This document shows positions 38,788-45,490 of a DNA stretch of 64,000 bases, piece by piece. Source of the stretch: an uncultured Candidatus Poseidoniales archaeon (GTDB taxonomy: Archaea > Thermoplasmatota > Poseidoniia > Poseidoniales > Poseidoniaceae); contig CAYPPO010000004.1 of the NCBI GenBank assembly GCA_964412625.1, forward strand, positions 11,480-75,479, read 5' to 3'. The first letter of the stretch is position 1, and each line of letters opens with the position of its first letter. Both the position numbers and the translations under genes were made by a program. Below the pieces are notes generated by a model, which saw only the letters and a list, made by a program, of their open reading frames with translations, made no database searches and was not told where the DNA came from.

Positions 38788-39744
38788 TCACAAACTGTGG
38801 GTACGGTTATGGCTGGTAAGTTGCCTACTCTCAACATCGATCATTTCAGCAAAGGTCGCTATTGTCCCATCATTATTTATCTGCACACCAGGCAAGTAAC
38901 CATCACAAACCCCAGATGCAACGAAGATTGCATCATCCGATTGGCATAAATCTTTAGCGTCCCACAATCGTGTCAAATCGTCATCAATCATGCTTTTTGC
39001 TCGGGCTTCTTCTTCCTCAGAACGAAACACCAATCTTCCTTCAAATACACCACCAATCCCTCGAATTGCAGTTGCTGTAATGACGCCTTCAGGTGCCGCA
39101 CCGATTCCTAGTAACATGTCGTGCTCACCTTCAGGTCTTGCAGCCCACAGTGCAGCAGATATATCCCCATCACTGAGCAGATGTAATTGAGCACCCATAC
39201 CTCTTACTTGTTTGAATAAATCATGATGTCTTGGTCTATCAAGTGCTATTATTCGAACTTCTTCGATCGGTTTGTCAAGCACAGAGGCCACTTGTTCAAT
39301 ATTGTATGATATCCCGGCATCCAAACTTACATGCCCTTCCATTTCCGGACCCGCAGCAATTTTGTCCATGTAGCAATCAGGTGCGTGCAGTAGTTTTCCC
39401 CTTGGTGCTGCAGCAAGAACTGCAATCGAATTTGGTAAGTTATCAGCACAATTATTTGTACATTCTAACGGGTCAACCGCAATATCTATCGCAGCAACAT
39501 TAGGATTGCCTATCTCACATCCCAATTGCTCACCGATATACAACATTGGTGCTTCGTCTCGTTCTCCTTCACCAATTGCAACCCGCCCATCAAATGGCAC
39601 ACTGTCAAAAGTCAATCGCATAGCTTCCACAGCAGCAGCATCAGCAGCCATCTTGTCGCCTTTACCACGCCATTTTGCGCTGGCGATGGCAGCCAAGTCA
39701 ACCGCATCGAGGAAGTGATTTGCTAACTCTGAAACCGTGCCCAT
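38788..39744 (-). CDS. glpX: class II fructose-1,6-bisphosphatase (GlpX type)
   Basis: GlpX-like blocks (IDIAVDPLECTNN; GAAPEGVITA; VASGVCDG). Confidence 0.9.
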   Translation of the reverse strand: MGTVSELANHFLDAVDLAAIASAKWRGKGDKMAADAAAVEAMRLTFDSVPFDGRVAIGEGERDEAPMLYIGEQLGCEIGNPNVAAIDIAVDPLECTNNCADNLPNSIAVLAAAPRGKLLHAPDCYMDKIAAGPEMEGHVSLDAGISYNIEQVASVLDKPIEEVRIIALDRPRHHDLFKQVRGMGAQLHLLSDGDISAALWAARPEGEHDMLLGIGAAPEGVITATAIRGIGGVFEGRLVFRSEEEEARAKSMIDDDLTRLWDAKDLCQSDDAIFVASGVCDGYLPGVQINNDGTIATFAEMIDVESRQLTSHNRTHSL

Positions 39745-39789
39745 AATTCAACTGGGTAGATGCTAATCAATGAACAATGCGGTGTTGAT

Positions 39790-40242
39790 TCATTGATCAG
39801 ATTTGTATTTTTTAATGATTCTTACCTCACAAATCTCACTGTATGGGTATTGTCCATCAGTATTTTTTTCATGCGATTTAACCATGTCAAGGGCGCACAA
39901 TAATCCGGCACAAACTCCAGTGATTGCCTCCATTTCAATGCCGGTTTTGTAGTGGGCGGCAACGCTCACAGTACAACGCAATGAGGTTTCTGAAAGCTCC
40001 CAGTCAACTTTGCAGCCTTCTAACGGGATTGGATGACAATGAGGAATTATTCGTGGCGTTTCTTTAACAGCTTGGATTGCTGCGATGGTAGATGCTTCGA
40101 TAACGTCACCCTTTTTCACCTGATTAGCAGCGATAGCCTCGATCGATTTTTTAGTTAGCTTTAGTAATCCTGTGGCGATTGCACTCCGGTGCACAATTTC
40201 TTTTTGAGTAATATCAACCACGCCTTCAATTTCTTTTTTCAT
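39790..40242 (-). CDS. moaC: cyclic pyranopterin monophosphate synthase
   Basis: 150 aa with MoaC blocks (IPHCHPIPLEG; KTGIEMEAITG). Confidence 0.9.
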   Translation of the reverse strand: MKKEIEGVVDITQKEIVHRSAIATGLLKLTKKSIEAIAANQVKKGDVIEASTIAAIQAVKETPRIIPHCHPIPLEGCKVDWELSETSLRCTVSVAAHYKTGIEMEAITGVCAGLLCALDMVKSHEKNTDGQYPYSEICEVRIIKKYKSDQ

Positions 40243-40246
40243 AATA

Positions 40247-40693
40247 TCAACCTAACCCTGCTTTCCACATCTCGCCCGTTTCAGACACTTCCTTCTTCCA
40301 AATTGGTGCCTGTGACTTTAATTCATCGATCAACCACTCACATGCTAAGAATGCTGCTTTGCGGTGAGGGCTTGCAACATGTATGGAAACGATATTTTCC
40401 CCAGCCTCAACCCGTCCTGTGCGATGTGACATGGCAATTTTTTTCACGCTAAATTTGTCGATTGCTTCACTGGCTAGGTTGTGTAAAACCTCGCCTAATT
40501 TTTCCTGCCATGCGTCGAATTCTAATCGATATATTTGCACCCCGTTGTCGATTCCTCTAGTTATTCCAAGAAATGAAACCACAGCTCCACATCCTGTCAA
40601 ATCCAGTGATTCTAAAAGCGACTGATGGTCCAAATTTTCTGGAGACTCTCGAATGACAATGTCTCCGTCCATGCCAATGCGAGGTAAACGCAT
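40247..40693 (-). CDS. moaE: molybdopterin synthase catalytic subunit
   Basis: 148 aa with MoaE blocks (GAVVSFLGITR; SHRTGRVEAGENIVSIHVASPHRKAAF; APIWKKE). Confidence 0.85.
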   Translation of the reverse strand: MRLPRIGMDGDIVIRESPENLDHQSLLESLDLTGCGAVVSFLGITRGIDNGVQIYRLEFDAWQEKLGEVLHNLASEAIDKFSVKKIAMSHRTGRVEAGENIVSIHVASPHRKAAFLACEWLIDELKSQAPIWKKEVSETGEMWKAGLG

Positions 40694-40724
40694 AATTCAA
40701 ACCTCACGCCCCATTGCAGTATAC

Positions 40725-41978
40725 ATGGCGGAGGCTGGTCCAATCAAAATCATGGGGGCAGGGCTGTCGGGTCTTGCTGCTGCGACTATATTGGCTAAAG
40801 CAGGTAGAGAAGTCCATGTTCATGACATTAGAGATAATTCTGGTGCCAGGTTTGATGGCGATTTTCAAGCCTTGGAAAATTGGAGTATGGATAAAGATTT
40901 TTTTGACCAAATGAAAAGCTGGGGTTTCGACACAAACGGATTTAAAGCAACTGAATTTAAGGTAGTAGACCTAATCCACCCCGATGATAAAATAACCCAA
41001 GCTAAGAGTCCAAATATTGCCTATCGGATTGTCGAAAGAGGTACTTCAGAACACACGATTGACCAAGGGATAAAGCGTGAGGCACTAGCCGCCGGAGTAA
41101 AAATTCACTACAAATCAAGAGTAAAGGAAACGGACTGCCATATTATTGCCTGTGGTCCAAAGGGTACATCTGCGGTTGCTTATGGCGAAATCTTTCACAC
41201 CGATCATCCAAACCACATCGCATTTCAGTTGAATGATAAGCTTGCTCCAGGAGCATACTCTTACCTAATAATTATTGACGGTGTAGGGTTAATCTGTACC
41301 TGTCTTTGGCGTAAGCAAAAGAAGAGTGACAGGTTTCTCAATGAAACCATTGCTTGGTATGACAAGCACTATCCAACATTGAACCGAAAACCAATCAAAC
41401 GAGTTGGCGGGAAAGGTGATTTTACTATCAACAAAAACTACTTTCAAGATGGTCGGTATTATGTTGGAGAATCAGGCGGATTGCAAGATTTCATGTGGGG
41501 TTTCGGAATGAGAATGGCAGTCTGGTCTGGTGTTTTAGCAGCTAAAGACATCTTGGGAGAATTGGACTATGAAACCGAAGTTAGAAGGCAGTTATTGCCA
41601 TACGTTAAGACTAGCGTTGCCAATCGCTGGCTGATGAATCGTGTGGGCGATAGATCATTCAAGATGATGTGCAATCGCTGGATGAAAGACCAAAATAAGC
41701 GTGGTGACGGCCTTGTGTGGATCGGAAAATTGTTCCGACCAAATTTATTGAAGAGTTTGATTTACCAAATAGTCAACCCGTTTATGCTAAAGAAAGACCC
41801 CAAATCTATGGGTCGAGGTGTGCGTCGCATGCCGTTTAGAAAGGCTATGAAAAGAGATGATTGGGAACCATCAAGTGAGGCAATGGCGGTCAAGAAACAA
41901 TGGGATGGGATTAGAAAAGGCGGGGGAAAAACCTCCTTTGCTGAAGACTCTGACCAGATTTCGATACCCAAAAGTTGA
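40725..41978 (+). CDS. FAD/NAD(P)-binding oxidoreductase (geranylgeranyl-reductase-like fold) with a basic C-terminal extension
   Basis: Dinucleotide fold IKIMGAGLSGLAAATILAKAGREVHVHD. Start taken at MAEAG (40725) to avoid the moaE overlap. Confidence 0.65.
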   Translation: MAEAGPIKIMGAGLSGLAAATILAKAGREVHVHDIRDNSGARFDGDFQALENWSMDKDFFDQMKSWGFDTNGFKATEFKVVDLIHPDDKITQAKSPNIAYRIVERGTSEHTIDQGIKREALAAGVKIHYKSRVKETDCHIIACGPKGTSAVAYGEIFHTDHPNHIAFQLNDKLAPGAYSYLIIIDGVGLICTCLWRKQKKSDRFLNETIAWYDKHYPTLNRKPIKRVGGKGDFTINKNYFQDGRYYVGESGGLQDFMWGFGMRMAVWSGVLAAKDILGELDYETEVRRQLLPYVKTSVANRWLMNRVGDRSFKMMCNRWMKDQNKRGDGLVWIGKLFRPNLLKSLIYQIVNPFMLKKDPKSMGRGVRRMPFRKAMKRDDWEPSSEAMAVKKQWDGIRKGGGKTSFAEDSDQISIPKS

Positions 41979-42018
41979 ATGCGATTTATTCATAATGCTA
42001 GTCCATCTCGGTTGACAC

Positions 42019-42885
42019 ATGAGCGACCTGTACGGATTAAAACTCGAGCCTATGCCAAATAAGTTGGTAAATTATGGAGTTACTGAAAATGGAATTGCTG
42101 TGATTGAACTCACTTCAGATTCAGCTGGTAAACCAATAGACGGTCAGAATGACCGCTCTCCAAATACCTACACACATGAGATGATGAGAGATATCGATGA
42201 AGCGATAGTTAGAGCACGTTTCAATGATGATGTGACATGCATAGTATTAACTGGCAACGGGGCATCTTTCTTCTCTGCAGGAGCATCAATCCAAATGTTG
42301 AACTCTGTGTCTCCAGGCTTCAAGTACAATTTCTGTCTTCACGCCAATGAAACTCTTTCAAGATTGGAGCAAACATCCAAGCTAGTTGTGTGTGCAATAA
42401 ACGGACACGCAGTAGGTGGGGGACTTGAAATCGCTATGGCTGCTGATATCAGAATCGCTAGAAAGAATTCCGGTAAGGTGGGTCTTCCAGAAATCAACCT
42501 TGGTGTTTTAGCCGGAACGGGCGGTACAGCACGTTTAACCAGATTAATCGGCAAAGCAAAAGCCTTGGAAATGATGGTTACTGGAGAACTGATGTCGTTC
42601 GAAGATGCTCACGCAGCGAATTTAATCAATCATATTTGGGAAGGTTCTCCAGAAGACTTCCGAAGAGACATTCTTGATTGGTGTTCTCAATTCACCCTGC
42701 CGAATAAGGCGGTCAAGGCGGTTGGTAACATCAAGCGTTCATGTCAAACTGGGCCGGAAATTCCATTCGAATATCACTTGGCTCTTGAGCGCGAATTACA
42801 AGCAGCACTGTTTAACAGCACTGACGCAAAAGAGGGCATTGCAGCATATGTGGAGAAGCGGGTAGCTAACTTTACCGGCAACTGA
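42019..42885 (+). CDS. enoyl-CoA hydratase/isomerase family
   Basis: Crotonase blocks (FFSAGASIQML; AINGHAVGGGLEIAMAADIRIA; LPEINLGVLAGTGG). Confidence 0.85.
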   Translation: MSDLYGLKLEPMPNKLVNYGVTENGIAVIELTSDSAGKPIDGQNDRSPNTYTHEMMRDIDEAIVRARFNDDVTCIVLTGNGASFFSAGASIQMLNSVSPGFKYNFCLHANETLSRLEQTSKLVVCAINGHAVGGGLEIAMAADIRIARKNSGKVGLPEINLGVLAGTGGTARLTRLIGKAKALEMMVTGELMSFEDAHAANLINHIWEGSPEDFRRDILDWCSQFTLPNKAVKAVGNIKRSCQTGPEIPFEYHLALERELQAALFNSTDAKEGIAAYVEKRVANFTGN

Positions 42886-42902
42886 AATTGGGGTGATTTC
42901 GG

Positions 42903-43826
42903 CTGACGAAGTATAATGTTCCCGCAGATGTACCGGATGAGTTGATTCCAACTTTTATCCAAAACATGGATGCAGCGACAGCTGGTACAGGGAATATGAA
43001 TTTGTTTGCCTGTGATCAAAAAATTGAACACTTGAATGATGATTTTTACGATGGAGGCAATGAAATTCCACTGTCGTCAAACGACCCAGTTCACCTATTT
43101 GAAATTGGCAATCGTTGTCATCAGGCCGGTACAATTGGAGTACTAGCAGGACAATTAGGATTAATTTCGCATTATGCTCGAGACTATCCAGATATTCCTT
43201 ACTTGGTAAAAATGAATTCTAAATCACACATGGTAAAAACCTCTCAGAGAGATCCAGTCTCTCAATCACTGTGGGATATGGATGATGTTATGTCTCTGGT
43301 TCACAATGGAATTAATGTAGTTGGAATCGGTTATACAATTTACATTGGAAGTGAATATGAGCATGAGATGATGTCAGAAGCTGCTCAGTTAATTCGTCAA
43401 GCACACGAGTTGGGGATGATCTCAGTCGTTTGGATGTATCCTAGAGGTAAAGCGGTCACCAATGAAAAAGACCCACAGTTAATCTCAGGGGCAGCTGGTG
43501 TTGCTAATTGTATTGGAGCCGATTTTGCTAAAGTGAATTACCCCAGCGAATATCCGGGAATGACAAGGGCAGAATCCTTGGCTATAGCCTCACAGGCTGC
43601 GGGTCGTACCGGCATAATATGTTCCGGAGGCGGTACCTTGCCACCGGAAGAATTCCTTACCAGACTTTGGGAACAAATGAACACAGGAAAATGTCGCGGT
43701 GCTGCCACGGGACGTAACATTCATCAAAAAGACACTGAAAGTGCGGTGAAAATGACAGCCGCTTGTCATGCGATTATTTGTCAAGGTGCATCGGTAGAAG
43801 AAGCGCTTAAAATCTACCAGTCATAA
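42903..43826 (+). CDS. fbaB: class I fructose-bisphosphate aldolase, FbaB/DhnA type; probable CTG start
   Basis: Blocks resembling E. coli FbaB from memory (GTGNMNLFACDQKIEH; PYLVKMNSKS; VGIGYTIYIGSEYE..AHELGMISVVWMYPRG; GADFAKVNYP with the Schiff-base Lys). The track start is TTG 42942, but coding-like sequence TKYNVPADVPDE continues upstream to an in-frame CTG 42903 preceded by the SD GGGGTGATTTC. Confidence 0.8.
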   Translation: MTKYNVPADVPDELIPTFIQNMDAATAGTGNMNLFACDQKIEHLNDDFYDGGNEIPLSSNDPVHLFEIGNRCHQAGTIGVLAGQLGLISHYARDYPDIPYLVKMNSKSHMVKTSQRDPVSQSLWDMDDVMSLVHNGINVVGIGYTIYIGSEYEHEMMSEAAQLIRQAHELGMISVVWMYPRGKAVTNEKDPQLISGAAGVANCIGADFAKVNYPSEYPGMTRAESLAIASQAAGRTGIICSGGGTLPPEEFLTRLWEQMNTGKCRGAATGRNIHQKDTESAVKMTAACHAIICQGASVEEALKIYQS

Positions 43827-43841
43827 TTAGTAGGTGGGAAC

Positions 43842-44888
43842 ATGGGTGTTATTCATCCAGATATCACAAAAGCAGAAACACTGCCAGCGCGATATTACAC
43901 GAATAAAGATGAGTACTCAAACTTGCTACAGAAATTTTCTTCTTCTTGGAACTTCATCGGTCTAGAATCAATGCTAAACGACAAAAATATCATTCCAGTT
44001 ACGATTGGAGATATTCCAATGATTCTAACAAAATCAGGCTCTGAATCTCAGTGCATTTCAAACGTTTGCACCCATAGAGGAATGATTCTTTGTGATGAGG
44101 ACCAATCCTCTTCGTCAATTAACTGCCCGTATCATGGCCGAAGCTTTACATTATCAGGCAAAATGAAGCACATGCCCGAATTCAGTCAAGTAGAAAACTT
44201 CCCATCACTTTCAGACGATTTACCAAGTGCGAAAGTAGTCAACTGGCATGGAATGCTATTTGCTAGTCTCGACTCTGATGATAGTTTTGAGCAATACATC
44301 AGCGCAGTAGAAGAGCGAATGAATTTTTTTGATTTCACCAAACTGGCAAGAAATGAAGAATTAGACAGACTCCACGATGTGTCAGCTAATTGGATGTTGT
44401 ATGTTGATAATTATCTTGAGGGCTTTCATATACCGTTTGTCCACAAAGGATTGAATTCAGTGATTGATTATTCTAGTTATCAAACCGAGTTGTTTGATAA
44501 AGCAGTATTACAGGTTGGTGAAGGACGGAAAGGCGAGGTTTGTTTTGATATCCCAAAAGGACATCAAGATTATGGCAGAAATATTGCAGCATATTATTGG
44601 TGGCTGTTCCCAAATCTTATGTTGAATTTTTACCCCTGGGGGGTATCTCTTAATGTTGTATTGCCTCAAGACGTTTCACAAACCAAAGTAGCATATTATG
44701 GCCTAGTTTCTGATTCGAGTAATTTTGGCATTGGGGCAGGAGGTAGCCTAGATGTAGTGGAATTGGAGGATCAGTGGATTGTCGAGTCATGTAATGTTGG
44801 GATGGGATCAAGTTTGTACGAGCGTGGACGTTACTCACCCACCATGGAAAAAGGAGTTCACCATTTCCACAGATTACTGACTGAGTAA
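43842..44888 (+). CDS. Rieske [2Fe-2S] non-heme iron oxygenase, alpha-subunit-like (choline-monooxygenase-like)
   Basis: Rieske motif CTHRG...CPYHG, a mononuclear iron site (EGFHIPFVH), and the SD AGGTGG upstream. Confidence 0.85.
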   Translation: MGVIHPDITKAETLPARYYTNKDEYSNLLQKFSSSWNFIGLESMLNDKNIIPVTIGDIPMILTKSGSESQCISNVCTHRGMILCDEDQSSSSINCPYHGRSFTLSGKMKHMPEFSQVENFPSLSDDLPSAKVVNWHGMLFASLDSDDSFEQYISAVEERMNFFDFTKLARNEELDRLHDVSANWMLYVDNYLEGFHIPFVHKGLNSVIDYSSYQTELFDKAVLQVGEGRKGEVCFDIPKGHQDYGRNIAAYYWWLFPNLMLNFYPWGVSLNVVLPQDVSQTKVAYYGLVSDSSNFGIGAGGSLDVVELEDQWIVESCNVGMGSSLYERGRYSPTMEKGVHHFHRLLTE

Positions 44889-44890
44889 TT

Positions 44891-45220
44891 TCAGTACTTG
44901 TCTTCAGGTGGAGAACCAGTTGTAACATTGCCTTCTTGGTCAATGATAATAGGTGTGCCTTCTTCCCAACCGGGGCAGTTGCTAGAGACCCATGTGCGGG
45001 TTGCCCATTCACATATGTCGTATCCACCTGATAAAATTCCAGATCTCTTGATGTAACCGACTTTAACGATGTCTTTGTCTTTTGATAATACATTTCCTAA
45101 CTGTTGGCTCGTTGTGCCATGACGCATAGTGCTATTGATGTGTTCCAGAATTTCCGCAGTGTTACGGGGTCGTTCGCCTAAAAATTTCTTAATTTTCTCT
45201 CTAATTCTGGTAGTTTTCAT
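44891..45220 (-). CDS. small winged-helix-like hypothetical protein
   Basis: 109 aa. The N-terminal half looks like a wHTH (TAEILEHINS...TSQQLGNVLSKDKDIVKVGYI). It is divergent from the large wHTH gene across the ORB-like region. Confidence 0.5.
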   Translation of the reverse strand: MKTTRIREKIKKFLGERPRNTAEILEHINSTMRHGTTSQQLGNVLSKDKDIVKVGYIKRSGILSGGYDICEWATRTWVSSNCPGWEEGTPIIIDQEGNVTTGSPPEDKY

Positions 45221-45391
45221 CTTTATTCACTTTCCTGTCACGCAGCGTATATCTCTCAAACAAATGCCACTAATTCACAGGACAGCGGTTGCTGATATAA
45301 TAGTTCCTCCAGATTCAATAGTTTGTTACATTTAGGTACTAAATTAAGTGTAAAAAAGGAACCAATTATGATGGGGTGTAAGTAAAAACCA

Positions 45392-45410
45392 ACATTTCCA
45401 GTGGAAATGT
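45392..45410. promoter_or_regulatory. ORB-like perfect palindrome ACATTTCCA-G-TGGAAATGT (candidate Orc1/Cdc6 origin recognition box or operator)
   Basis: Read directly: 9-bp arms around 1 central nt, with core TTCCAGTGGAAA matching the archaeal ORB/mini-ORB dyad TCCA-NN-GGAAA. It is flanked by AAATGTAAC (45417-45425), its reverse complement (45325-45333), and an AT-rich tract (45425-45463). Confidence 0.5.
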
Positions 45411-45490
45411 GTAACTAAATGTAACTAGTTAGTATATTTTGGATTAAAATTATAAGACAAATAGTGCTAGCCCATTTAGAGGTGACAATT

